Origin: an uncultured Candidatus Micrarchaeota archaeon
Lineage (GTDB): Archaea; Micrarchaeota; Micrarchaeia; Burarchaeales; Fermentimicrarchaeaceae
Direction of reading: 5' to 3'
NCBI GenBank assembly: GCA_963760615.1
Contig: CAVXDX010000007.1
Coordinates: 32,001 to 96,000, forward strand
DNA length: 64,000 bases
Below, piece after piece: positions 37,572 to 47,047 of the stretch. Numbering within the stretch: the stretch's first letter is position 1; every line of letters starts with the position of its first letter. The notes under the pieces were generated by a model. The model was not told the DNA's origin. It did no database searches and worked only from the letters and a program-made list of their open reading frames with translations. Made by a program: the position numbers and the translations under genes.

Positions 37572-38261
37572 ATGCAAAAAATAGGTTTCAAGGACGCGCG
37601 GGCGCTTGTTATATCCCCGCACCCAGATGATGAGGTTATAGGATGCGGCGGGACAATATCTAGAATTGTCAATGAAGGAGGGGAAGTATTCGTCCTTTTC
37701 GGTGCAGTTGGAAAGTGCAGGCAACTTGTAACTGGGCAGACGGATGAGAATGTCAGGCTGAAAGAGACGAAAAAAGTTTCGAAGAAGGCAGGATATCGGT
37801 ATAAGTTTATGTTTGTAGGTGACGAATTTATGCATCTTGACTCAATTCCAAGAAAGAGATTGATAGATCCAATAGAGGACTGCGTGGCAGAGCTGAAGCC
37901 AGATATTGTTTTCATCCCATTCAGAAACAGCTATGACCAGGATCATGTGGCGATGTTCAATGCGGCCATAACTGCACTACGCCCAAGGCCTCAGAAGGTA
38001 CGTCATTTTGTCCCAATTGTTCTTGAATACGAGGAGCCCTACTGCTGGGGTTCTGATGACTCTTTTGTCCCGAACTTCTATGTGGATATAAGTAAGTTCC
38101 TTGTAAAAAAAATTGAACTTCTGAAGCTTCATGCTACTCAGTGCCGCAAGGATCCTTTTGCAAGAAGTGCGGAGAACCTAGTACGCCTTGCAGGTCTGCA
38201 CGGTACTGCAGTTGGGGTTGAGGCAGCAGAGGCATTCAGGCTGCTCAGGTGCTACCTATGA
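37572..38261 (+). CDS. PIG-L/LmbE family de-N-acetylase
   Basis: SPHPDDEVIGCGG, DQDH, AEAF. Confidence 0.88.
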   Translation: MQKIGFKDARALVISPHPDDEVIGCGGTISRIVNEGGEVFVLFGAVGKCRQLVTGQTDENVRLKETKKVSKKAGYRYKFMFVGDEFMHLDSIPRKRLIDPIEDCVAELKPDIVFIPFRNSYDQDHVAMFNAAITALRPRPQKVRHFVPIVLEYEEPYCWGSDDSFVPNFYVDISKFLVKKIELLKLHATQCRKDPFARSAENLVRLAGLHGTAVGVEAAEAFRLLRCYL

Positions 38262-38980
38262 GATTGAGAGTAGCATTCTTCGCATACCGCAATTGGGCAT
38301 TTCAGTTAATAAAGAGAATAAAGAAAGCGGGTGGGTGGGAAATCGCAGCAGTTTACTCACCTGTGGAGCATGAGGATGCTGAGGGGCTTCATGTGGAATT
38401 TATGAATCCGAAAAATTTTGCTGCCATCCTTCCCAAACTCAGGAAGAAAGAGATAGAAATTCTGATTTTTATAGGATGGAGCTGGATTGTGCCAAAGGAA
38501 ATTCTGGGAGGCTTCAAGTGCGTCTGCCTCCACCCATCGCCTCTGCCAAAATACAGGGGAGGTTCGCCACTGCAGAACCAGATAATAAGGGGGGAGGAGG
38601 AAAGCGCAGTTACTCTGTTCTTCATGACCGTAGGACTGGATGATGGAGGTATAATAGAACAGAAGCGCTTCTCACTTGATGGAGAGCTGGCAGATATCTT
38701 CAACAGGCTTGCCGAGGTTGGCGCGGAGGCTGTGATGGGTATGCTTGACAGATTTGCAGAAGGTGATTTCAGCAGCATGAAACAGGATGAGTCAAACGCA
38801 ACTGTCTTCAAGAGGAGGAAGCCAGCAGAAAGCGAGATTAGAATATCCGACTTCAAGAAGAAGAGTGCAAAGGAGCTTCACAATTTCGTCCGTGCTTTGC
38901 AGGATCCTTACCCTAACGCATTCATAGTCTGCAAGGATGGAAAAAAACTTTATATACTGAAAACTAAGATGGGGGAGTAG
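38258..38980 (+). CDS. formyltransferase family protein (sugar N-formyltransferase-like)
   Basis: LHPSPLPKYRGGSP, GLDDGGII, VRALQDPYPNAF. Confidence 0.85.
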   Translation: MRLRVAFFAYRNWAFQLIKRIKKAGGWEIAAVYSPVEHEDAEGLHVEFMNPKNFAAILPKLRKKEIEILIFIGWSWIVPKEILGGFKCVCLHPSPLPKYRGGSPLQNQIIRGEEESAVTLFFMTVGLDDGGIIEQKRFSLDGELADIFNRLAEVGAEAVMGMLDRFAEGDFSSMKQDESNATVFKRRKPAESEIRISDFKKKSAKELHNFVRALQDPYPNAFIVCKDGKKLYILKTKMGE

Positions 38981-38987
38981 TGAGTAC

Positions 38988-39371
38988 ATGAAAATAGATG
39001 TAACGGAACTCAAAAAGCATGAGGACCCTCGCGGAGTATTGTTCGAAGTGCTAAGACGAGACGAAACTGACGAGGATATTAAACTTATCCACTTCTCTAC
39101 CTCCAAAAAGGGCGCAGTAAGAGGTGGTCATTATCACAAGAGGAGGGTTGAATGGTTCTGTGTTGTTAAGGGGGAGGGCAAGCTGGTTATTGAGGATAAT
39201 GAGACAGGTGAGAAGAAGGAGCTGATTCTATCGGGAGAAAGTCCAATCTTGGTCAAGATTCCTCCAAACACGAAGCATTCAATCCAAAATATCGGGGAGG
39301 GGGAGATGTATCTCATATCTGTGACGAATGAAGTTTTTAATCCGAAAGATTCGGATACATTTAAGCTTTAG
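38988..39371 (+). CDS. cupin-fold sugar epimerase/isomerase (WxcM-like / FnlB C-terminal-like)
   Basis: HEDPRG, RGGHYH...EWF.V..G, IPPNTKH. Confidence 0.75.
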   Translation: MKIDVTELKKHEDPRGVLFEVLRRDETDEDIKLIHFSTSKKGAVRGGHYHKRRVEWFCVVKGEGKLVIEDNETGEKKELILSGESPILVKIPPNTKHSIQNIGEGEMYLISVTNEVFNPKDSDTFKL

Positions 39372-40125
39372 AGAATATTGCTAGGATACTATCGCCCATT
39401 CCAATCTTTTCAAAAAATAAGGCAAGAGGCATCAAGAGTCTATAGTTTATGCTGAGTAGTCTAACCCTCTCCTCTCTGAAACCAGACTCCTTCATAAGGT
39501 TGATGAGTGTTTTCGGACTGAAGTGCCAGAAATGCTCCTCTGGGCTGTATGGGTACCACCTGGACCCAAGCACGGTTCTCATTGCTCCATCAATATTCGG
39601 GGCTCCGATAACCAGTATGCCATCATCCTCGAGCATTCTCACAGCCCTGGCTAGGAAACTTTTCGGGTTTTTTAAATGTTCGATTACATGATTCATAGTT
39701 ATGACATCAAATTTCCTTTCTGGGTTGAAGTCTTCGAAATTCTCGTTGATGACCTTGTTTGTCACGAATTTATGCGCATACCTCACCCTGCTGGCATCTA
39801 TTTCCACCCCAATGGCATCAAAGCCCTGTTTATTCGCTTCGTCAACAAGAATTCCCTCCGCACAACCTACATCCAAAAGCACTCCTTTCTTTTTGAAAGC
39901 AGTCACCTCATTCAAAATCTGTTTTGCAAATTTTCTCCACAAAATTTCTCTTTGTATATTTCGTTTCAGCTCTTTGGCTGCACCAGCTTTCCTATGAAGT
40001 TCTGGGGCTGGGACGGTTCTGCATAATCCGCATTTAGTGCATCTGACAACTTCGAAGTTCCTGCCGGAGAATAAGCTGGTGCTTTCATAAGAGCCACACA
40101 GGCACCTTCCAAATTTCTTTTCCAT
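39361..40125 (-). CDS. class I SAM methyltransferase with N-terminal Cys cluster
   Basis: CLCG...CTKCGL, LDVGCAEG, NHVIEHL, EHFWHFS. Confidence 0.85.
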   Translation of the reverse strand: MEKKFGRCLCGSYESTSLFSGRNFEVVRCTKCGLCRTVPAPELHRKAGAAKELKRNIQREILWRKFAKQILNEVTAFKKKGVLLDVGCAEGILVDEANKQGFDAIGVEIDASRVRYAHKFVTNKVINENFEDFNPERKFDVITMNHVIEHLKNPKSFLARAVRMLEDDGILVIGAPNIDGAMRTVLGSRWYPYSPEEHFWHFSPKTLINLMKESGFREERVRLLSINYRLLMPLALFFEKIGMGDSILAIFSKA

Positions 40126-40172
40126 AGATTAATCTAGCAAGGATTATTATTTATTTCGTGTAGATTATACTT

Positions 40173-41111
40173 ATGGCTGTTAAAAAAGAAGGAATGAATA
40201 AGCTGGTTTCAGTCATCATCTTAAACTGGAATGGGAAGCGTTTTCTCAAAGACTGTCTCGGCACTCTGCTGAAGCAGGATTATCCAAATTTTGAAGTGAT
40301 ATTTTCGGACAACGGTTCAAGTGACGGCTCTCAGGAATTTGTGAGGGAGAAATTCCCTTCTGTCAGAATAGTTGAGAATGGGGAGAACCTAGGGTTCAGC
40401 GGAGGCAATAATGCTGGGATAAGGGCTGCAAGGGGAGAGTATATCGTGCTGCTGAACAACGATATGGTATTTCACAGGAAGGACTGTTTGAGTGAGCTCG
40501 TGAAGGCTGCAGAAAGCGACAAGAGGATTGGAATTGTTGGAGGTATGTTCCTCTGGGTAAGTCAGCCTAAGAGGATACAGAATATACGGGGGGCTAGTCT
40601 TCCGAAGGTTCTGCCGAGCTTGTCCATTGCCGCATTGACCAACATTGCAGTTAGCACAGCCGATGCTCCTTTTGAGGAGGACATGGGGCAGTATAAAGAG
40701 CTTATAGACATTGACGCAGTCGATGGATTGATAAAGCGGGAGGTTATTGGAAGGATAGGGCTGTATGACGAAAAGTTCTTTTTCACCTATGATGACGCGG
40801 ATTTCTGTTACAGGGCTAAGCAGGCAGGCTATAGGATTGTTACAAATCCCAATGCAAAGATGTGGCATGTGGGGGCTGGCACAATCAGCGCAGTCACTCC
40901 GTTTTACGTATACTACTCCTACAGAGGAAAATTGAGGTTCGGCCTTAAGCATTTCCGAGGTTTGAAGAAGATTGCATTTGCACTGCTGAATTCTATTGCT
41001 CTCCCCTTCTTACTCCTCAAGTTTATACTGACGCTAAGATTTGATTTGATAATTCCGCTGCTAAAGGCATATGCATGGAATATTGCAAGCTTCAGGGATT
41101 ATAGAGTGTGA
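40173..41111 (+). CDS. GT2 glycosyltransferase (rhamnosyltransferase-like)
   Basis: IILNWNG, DNGSSDGS, NLGFSGGNN, LLNND, DDADFCYR. Confidence 0.88.
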   Translation: MAVKKEGMNKLVSVIILNWNGKRFLKDCLGTLLKQDYPNFEVIFSDNGSSDGSQEFVREKFPSVRIVENGENLGFSGGNNAGIRAARGEYIVLLNNDMVFHRKDCLSELVKAAESDKRIGIVGGMFLWVSQPKRIQNIRGASLPKVLPSLSIAALTNIAVSTADAPFEEDMGQYKELIDIDAVDGLIKREVIGRIGLYDEKFFFTYDDADFCYRAKQAGYRIVTNPNAKMWHVGAGTISAVTPFYVYYSYRGKLRFGLKHFRGLKKIAFALLNSIALPFLLLKFILTLRFDLIIPLLKAYAWNIASFRDYRV

Positions 41112-41115
41112 GGAT

Positions 41116-42192
41116 ATGGAAGTGAGCTTTGTTGGAACAGGAGTTTTGTCTATACCCCCTCTCTATGGAGGTGCGACTGAGAGGGTTATATTTGAGCTGG
41201 GGTGCGCTCTAGCAAAGATGAGAGGGGTGAATGTTAGGATATTTGACTACGAGCATCCAATCCCGCGAACTCCTAAAAATTTGGAGTATGTTACGGTGAA
41301 TGGTATTCCCATAAAGAAGCACTCCTTCTTCTCAATTCTTGCTCTGTTGAGGAGCATGGGTTCCAAGAGCGATATTTTCCACTGCAGTTTGGCAATCTCA
41401 TCAATACTGTTTTCAAAAACTTATGGTAGGACAGTGTACACTTCGCACTCCCCATTCTGGTTTGACCCGGGTAGATTCAACAAAACTGAAATACGCGCTA
41501 TTAAGAACGCTGCCTATAATGTGGCAATCTCTAAAGATATCTATGGGAAGATGCGACGTTACAATGAGAATACAGCGTATGTTCCAAACGGGGTGAATAC
41601 AGATAAATTCAGACCACCTAAAAAGAGAGAGACTTCCCCAAATGTTATTTTTGTTGGTAGGATAGACAAACAGAAGGGCCTTGAATACCTCGTTGAAGCA
41701 ATTAGTAAGTTGGTGGTGGATATCCCTGATGTGAGGGTGCGGTGCATCGGCCCGACGTCATTTTATGGGGATGCCGAAAGCGAGTACTCCATAAGTCTGC
41801 AGAAACTGGTCAGCGAGCATGAGCTGAAAGATAATTTTATTTTTACGAGGAAGGTTGATGAGCAGGAGCTTTTGGAATACTACAGACGCTCATCTCTATT
41901 CGTACTTCCTTCAGTTTCTGAGGGAATGCCGCTGGTAATCCTGGAGGCTATGGCATGCGGTCTTCCGGTCATAGCAACCGACGTCAGCGGCGTGAGAGAC
42001 GTATTAGATGACAAGGTTGGCAGGATAATCCCAAAGAGAGACTCTGCGGCACTTGCGACGGAGATGCGGACTATACTCTCTGACAGCTCCCTTGCGGGGA
42101 GGATGTCTAAAAACGCTAGGAGGAGAGCTGAGTCATTCAACTGGAATAGAATAGCAAAAAAAACTCTTGCGGTATACAAGAAGGTGTTGTAA
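41116..42192 (+). CDS. GT4 glycosyltransferase
   Basis: YGGATE, VPNGV, FVGRIDKQKG, SEGMPLVILEAMACG. Confidence 0.9.
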   Translation: MEVSFVGTGVLSIPPLYGGATERVIFELGCALAKMRGVNVRIFDYEHPIPRTPKNLEYVTVNGIPIKKHSFFSILALLRSMGSKSDIFHCSLAISSILFSKTYGRTVYTSHSPFWFDPGRFNKTEIRAIKNAAYNVAISKDIYGKMRRYNENTAYVPNGVNTDKFRPPKKRETSPNVIFVGRIDKQKGLEYLVEAISKLVVDIPDVRVRCIGPTSFYGDAESEYSISLQKLVSEHELKDNFIFTRKVDEQELLEYYRRSSLFVLPSVSEGMPLVILEAMACGLPVIATDVSGVRDVLDDKVGRIIPKRDSAALATEMRTILSDSSLAGRMSKNARRRAESFNWNRIAKKTLAVYKKVL

Positions 42193-42195
42193 TTT

Positions 42196-43107
42196 ATGAA
42201 GGTCTCAGTGATAATACCCGCGCATAACGAGGAGAGCGTTATCGGAAAGTGTCTTGCGAGCTGCTTCAAGCAGGTTGTGCAACCATACGAAGTGATAGTT
42301 GTGAATGACGGTTCGACAGACAGAACAGAAAAGATAGCACTAGAGCATCGCGCAAGTGTAATTCATTATGACAAGGGACATTCCGCTGCATTCGCAAGGA
42401 ACAGGGGTGCGGAAGCAGCAAAAGGCGACGTGGTATTCTTTCTCGATGCAGACCAAGAACTGCCGAGGAATGACTTTCTGAAGATACTGGAGCAGGATAT
42501 AAAAGGAGTTGATGGAGTGATATGCCCATTCCAACCCCCAGAAGCTAAGAACCTGCTGCAACGGATAAGTAACACGGGCTACCATGACTCTTATACGCCC
42601 CATGAGAAGTTCATGGTGGACAGAAACAGCAGATACAAGTATGTCATCCACGCCATGCGAAAAAAAACCTTCAAAGAACTCGGCGGCTATGACGAAAGCA
42701 TATTCTACTTCGAGGATGCTGACTTGGAGGAGCGGTTTTATAACAAAGAGCACAAGGCACTATACGACTGGAGGCTGGTGTATTACAACGAATACCCTGA
42801 AACGTTCTGGGAGTTCATAAGGCAGGCGGAATGGATGGGCAGGGGGGCATATACGATGCTGAAGAAGGGGAAGTTCTACCTTAAGAACGCAGCATTCTGG
42901 TCGGTGTATGTGTTATTTCTTGTACTGTCTTTTGTGAATGTAATATTCCTCGTGGTATTCATAATAATGAACGGCTATATCCTTGCGAAAGCAGTCAGTC
43001 TATATAAGAAATCCCATGACTTTATAGGTTCGCTGGCATTGCAATTCATACTCGGTGTCCGTTCTTTCTTCGTATTAAAGGGATTTATAGCGGAAGCAAT
43101 AAAATGA
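42196..43107 (+). CDS. GT2 glycosyltransferase
   Basis: IIPAHNEE, VNDGSTD, ARNRG, FLDAD, FEDADL. Confidence 0.88.
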   Translation: MKVSVIIPAHNEESVIGKCLASCFKQVVQPYEVIVVNDGSTDRTEKIALEHRASVIHYDKGHSAAFARNRGAEAAKGDVVFFLDADQELPRNDFLKILEQDIKGVDGVICPFQPPEAKNLLQRISNTGYHDSYTPHEKFMVDRNSRYKYVIHAMRKKTFKELGGYDESIFYFEDADLEERFYNKEHKALYDWRLVYYNEYPETFWEFIRQAEWMGRGAYTMLKKGKFYLKNAAFWSVYVLFLVLSFVNVIFLVVFIIMNGYILAKAVSLYKKSHDFIGSLALQFILGVRSFFVLKGFIAEAIK

Positions 43108-43111
43108 TTAT

Positions 43112-44170
43112 ATGAAAATTGCATTCCTAAGCCCATTCAACGAGGAAAGTGCTGGGACGAATAGGTTGCAGAACTTCTCGAACTCACTCAACAGATTAGG
43201 GAATGAGACGAAAGTGTTCTGCTTGGGGAACTATTCGGGTATATTCCACTATAAGGCATATGATTTAATCCACGTCTTGAAACCGCATTATAGAAGCGGA
43301 CTACCGGCGTACCTACTAAGGAAATTTGGATTTTTTAGGAGAGCCATACTTGATTTTGATGATATAGATTGGTTGATTCTAGAGGAGAGAGGGCGGTTCT
43401 GGGATGCTAGAATTAGCAAGTTTCTAGAAAGTCTTCTCACAAACCGATTTGATGGCATAATCGCAGGGAATGACATCCTGGCAGATTACTTATACGAAAA
43501 AGTTGGAACTAGAAAAGAGAAAGTTATGGAGATTATTCCGAATGGGGTGGATACAAGGCTATTCAGCCCACGCAAGAGAGAAACGGGGTTGAGGAAACAT
43601 TACAAAATATTCAATTCAAAATTGATAACCTACGTGGGAACACTTGCATCCGTAGAGCAGATTTCACCCATACTCAAAGGATTCCGGGCAATTTCGAATA
43701 AGTATGACAATGTGAAACTCATGATTGTGGGAGATGGAAACGCAAAGGAGGAACTGGTTGGCTTGGCACACTCTCTGGGCATACACAAAAAGATGGTCTT
43801 CACTGGGAGGGTGGACCACAAGCGGATTCCGAATTATCTCGGTGAATCAGATGTATTGATTCATATTCCTTTCAGCCCCAGAACGGCAAGTTTTGCAAAC
43901 CCAAGTGCCAAAGGACCAGAATACATGGCAATGGAGAAGCCAATCATTGGGGCGAATTGCGGCTATGCTCCAGTAATGCTTGATGGGGGGAAAGCAGCAT
44001 TCCTAATCAATACACCAGAACCACTAGAAGTGCTAAGAGCCTACGAAGAGATAATCAACAACCCGAAGGAAGCGAAAAAAAGAGCAAAGAGAGCTCGGCA
44101 ACTTGCAGTGGAGAGATATGACTGGGACATCCTGGCAAGAAGATTAGAGAAAGCATATGAAAGGGTGTGA
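43112..44170 (+). CDS. GT4 glycosyltransferase
   Basis: IPNGVD, YVGTL, PSAKGPEYMAMEKPI. Confidence 0.85.
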   Translation: MKIAFLSPFNEESAGTNRLQNFSNSLNRLGNETKVFCLGNYSGIFHYKAYDLIHVLKPHYRSGLPAYLLRKFGFFRRAILDFDDIDWLILEERGRFWDARISKFLESLLTNRFDGIIAGNDILADYLYEKVGTRKEKVMEIIPNGVDTRLFSPRKRETGLRKHYKIFNSKLITYVGTLASVEQISPILKGFRAISNKYDNVKLMIVGDGNAKEELVGLAHSLGIHKKMVFTGRVDHKRIPNYLGESDVLIHIPFSPRTASFANPSAKGPEYMAMEKPIIGANCGYAPVMLDGGKAAFLINTPEPLEVLRAYEEIINNPKEAKKRAKRARQLAVERYDWDILARRLEKAYERV

Positions 44171-44181
44171 GGAGTTGCATT

Positions 44182-45252
44182 TTAGCTTAACACTCTGCGG
44201 TATAATTTTATATATCCTTCTGCCATCTTTTCTGCAGTGTAGTTCTCCATAAAACGCCTATAGCTCTCCTGTCCGAGTTTCTTTCTCTGCTTATCATCCT
44301 CTAGAAGCGTTTCAATTGCCTTCGCCAGTGCTTTCGGGTCTTTCGGTTCATAGAGCAATCCTGTATTACCTATAACTTCTGCTAAGGCGGGAAATGCGGT
44401 ATGGACTATTGGCACTTTGTGGGACATCGCTTCTAGAGCTACCAGACCGAATGACTCCCAGAGAGAGGTGAGTGCAAATATATCCGCTTTATTGAACAAC
44501 GACTCCTTGCGGCGCTCTCCTACACTTCCAAGAAGAGTGACTTTGCCTTCCACTCCAAGGTGATGTATAAGCTCCGAAAGGTTTTTTTGCTCTGGGCCTG
44601 TGCCGGCTATCAGAACCCTGAAGTCTTTGTTTTTTATAAGCGGGACGGCGCGGACTAGATGTTCAAAGCCCTTCTGCTTTGCGAGCCTCCCTATTGCAAA
44701 CACGACTTTCTTGCCATCCGATTTCTTTCTTGAAACTTTTGTTGGCGGTATGCCGTTGGGTATCATGGTGATTCTTTCGCCATGGGGCATTCTGTAGTGC
44801 GCAATCATATCGCGCATAACAGCTTCCGAGACTGCAACTGGATGTTTCGCATTGTGGAAAGCAGAATGCTCCATCCTGTTTATAACGTGCCGGTAGTACA
44901 GCCTTCGTATCCACGAGACGTCGTCTCCCATGGCCTCCAGATATCCCAGGCCGACTCCATGGCAGACAGGTATCGCTGGCTTGTCTTTTACGTATCTCAA
45001 CAGCCATGAAGCCCAGGAGTTTGCCTGCACTATGTCAACCTTCTTTTCCAGCTCCCTGAGTTTGGGGTATAGCAGAGTGGAGAGAAGAGCCCGCGGTGAT
45101 TTAGTTGTATACTTGGTTGTGCTTTCTGGCAGGCAGGCAACTTCGGTCTCTATGCCTTTCTTATTCAGCTCTGCAACTAGGTGGCGATTGACTACCTCAA
45201 TTCCACCGTTATACGAAAAAATTGGAAATGGATTGAGGATGCCAATTTTCAT
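44182..45252 (-). CDS. GT4 glycosyltransferase
   Basis: GGIE, IPNGI, GRLAKQKG, ESFGLVALEAM. Confidence 0.9.
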   Translation of the reverse strand: MKIGILNPFPIFSYNGGIEVVNRHLVAELNKKGIETEVACLPESTTKYTTKSPRALLSTLLYPKLRELEKKVDIVQANSWASWLLRYVKDKPAIPVCHGVGLGYLEAMGDDVSWIRRLYYRHVINRMEHSAFHNAKHPVAVSEAVMRDMIAHYRMPHGERITMIPNGIPPTKVSRKKSDGKKVVFAIGRLAKQKGFEHLVRAVPLIKNKDFRVLIAGTGPEQKNLSELIHHLGVEGKVTLLGSVGERRKESLFNKADIFALTSLWESFGLVALEAMSHKVPIVHTAFPALAEVIGNTGLLYEPKDPKALAKAIETLLEDDKQRKKLGQESYRRFMENYTAEKMAEGYIKLYRRVLS

Positions 45253-45470
45253 TTCTTCTCAACTCTGTTTATTCCTTGGGCTTCTGGTTTGATTTCTCAT
45301 AGAAAGCCCTCCTCTATTGGGAATAATATTATGCGCAAGAGTAATAAAGGTAACTTGGCAAATAATAAGATGCGGAGGAATTTTAGAATTCATCAGGTTC
45401 AGAAGGGGTATTTTGTACGGCCACCATGATGACCGGTCGATGCAATTTCATTATTATATGAGGTGTTTGG

Positions 45471-46484
45471 ATGGAGAAGAGGATAGGCATGGCAATCATA
45501 GGCTGCGGGTACTGGGGGCCGAACTATGTAAGAATCTTCAATGAACTAGACGACTCCAACCTACTCTATATCGCAGATATAGATCGCGGAAAATTGACGA
45601 AGCTTATCAAAAACTCTTCAGTAAAAGCCACCAAGGATTATAAGGAAATTTTGAAAGACCCAGGAGTGGACGCAGTGGTTGTATCTACTCCTTCCTCCAC
45701 CCATTATGAGATAGCAAAGAACTGTCTCTTAGGTGGAAAGCATGTCTTAGTTGAGAAGCCAATGACTCTAACTTCTAAAGATGCGGAGGACCTAATAAAA
45801 ATTGCTGATGCTGAAAAGAAAGTCTTGATGGTCGGGCATACCTTCATGTTCAACCCCGCAGTCCAGAAACTCAAAGAATATATCAAAGATGGGACACTTG
45901 GAGACATCTGCTATTTGTCATTTGTTAGGACGGGACTGGGGCCAGTAAGAAGTGATGTAAATGCGATGTGGGATTTGGCCACGCATGACGTCTCGATACT
46001 GAACTTCATACTGGAAAAAAATCCGAATAAAGTCAGCGCAACAGGAGAATGCTACATACAGGCAGGTATTGAGGACGTTGTATTCCTAAACCTCAAATTC
46101 CAGAGTAAGATTATTGCAAATGTTCATGCCAGCTGGCTCAACCCGCACAAGATCAGGCAGGTTACTGTAGTGGGAAACAAAAAGATGGCAGTATTAGATG
46201 ACGTTAGCTCGACTGAGAAGATAAAGTTGTTTGATAAGGGGGTACTGAAAGAACAGAACTACTCAAACTATGGCGAGTTTCAGCTGATATTAAGGAGTGG
46301 TGATATTCTAATTCCTGACGTAAAAATGTCCGAACCGCTGAAAAACCAGTGCATGCATTTCATTGAATGCGTAAAGAAAAATAAAAAACCAATAAGTGAC
46401 GGGAATAACGGGCTCGGAGTGGTGAGGGTTTTGGAGGCGGCGCAGAAGTCGCTTAAAAATGGGGGTTGTGAGGTAGGAGTATGA
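45471..46484 (+). CDS. Gfo/Idh/MocA oxidoreductase (WbpB/WlbA-like)
   Basis: IGCGYWG, HVLVEKP, GHTF, WDLATHD. Confidence 0.88.
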   Translation: MEKRIGMAIIGCGYWGPNYVRIFNELDDSNLLYIADIDRGKLTKLIKNSSVKATKDYKEILKDPGVDAVVVSTPSSTHYEIAKNCLLGGKHVLVEKPMTLTSKDAEDLIKIADAEKKVLMVGHTFMFNPAVQKLKEYIKDGTLGDICYLSFVRTGLGPVRSDVNAMWDLATHDVSILNFILEKNPNKVSATGECYIQAGIEDVVFLNLKFQSKIIANVHASWLNPHKIRQVTVVGNKKMAVLDDVSSTEKIKLFDKGVLKEQNYSNYGEFQLILRSGDILIPDVKMSEPLKNQCMHFIECVKKNKKPISDGNNGLGVVRVLEAAQKSLKNGGCEVGV

Positions 46485-46591
46485 GAAGAACTGTGATGCA
46501 GTCTACCCCGGCAGGTTTTGCAGGAGCTGTTTTATGCAGGGTTAAGGAGCTATGCTCTATCGCATTACTATCCATGGAGGGGGGGATATGA
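46481..46591 (+). CDS. 36-aa ORF coupled by ATGA overlaps at both ends (possible peptide or gene remnant)
   Basis: MRRTVMQSTPAGFAGAVLCRVKELCSIALLSMEGGI*; fills the whole gap between the oxidoreductase and acyltransferase. Confidence 0.4.
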   Translation: MRRTVMQSTPAGFAGAVLCRVKELCSIALLSMEGGI

Positions 46592-47028
46592 TGCTTGATG
46601 TAAAACTGGGTAAAAATGTAATCATCCCACATCCAGAACTGGTTAACGTATATGGCTGCGAAATAGGGGACAATTGCATGATAGGACCATTCGTGGAGAT
46701 ACAAAATGATGTGGTGATAGGCAAGAATACCAGAATTCAATCGCATTCATTCATCTGCTCTAAAACAAGGATAGGCAAGAATGTTTTTATCGGTCATGGC
46801 GCGATATTTATAAATGACAGGTACCCGCCGCGCAGAAATCCAGCAGATTGGGAGCCGATCATAATAGGCGATGGAGCGGTTATAGGCAGCAATGCAACAG
46901 TACTTCCCTGCAGGATAGGCAAGGGTGCAACGATTGGAGCCGGGGCAGTTGTAACAAAAGACGTGCCAGCGCATGCAGTTGTCACAGGTAACCCTGCTCA
47001 GGCGGTTAAAAAGGGTAGAAAGGGATGA
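46588..47028 (+). CDS. hexapeptide-repeat N-acyltransferase (WbpD/WlbB-like)
   Basis: IGDNCMIGPFVEIQ, FIGHGAIFIND, IGAGAVVTKDVP...GNPA. Confidence 0.88.
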   Translation: MMLDVKLGKNVIIPHPELVNVYGCEIGDNCMIGPFVEIQNDVVIGKNTRIQSHSFICSKTRIGKNVFIGHGAIFINDRYPPRRNPADWEPIIIGDGAVIGSNATVLPCRIGKGATIGAGAVVTKDVPAHAVVTGNPAQAVKKGRKG

Positions 47029-47047
47029 AAGTACGGAGGTGGTGTAA

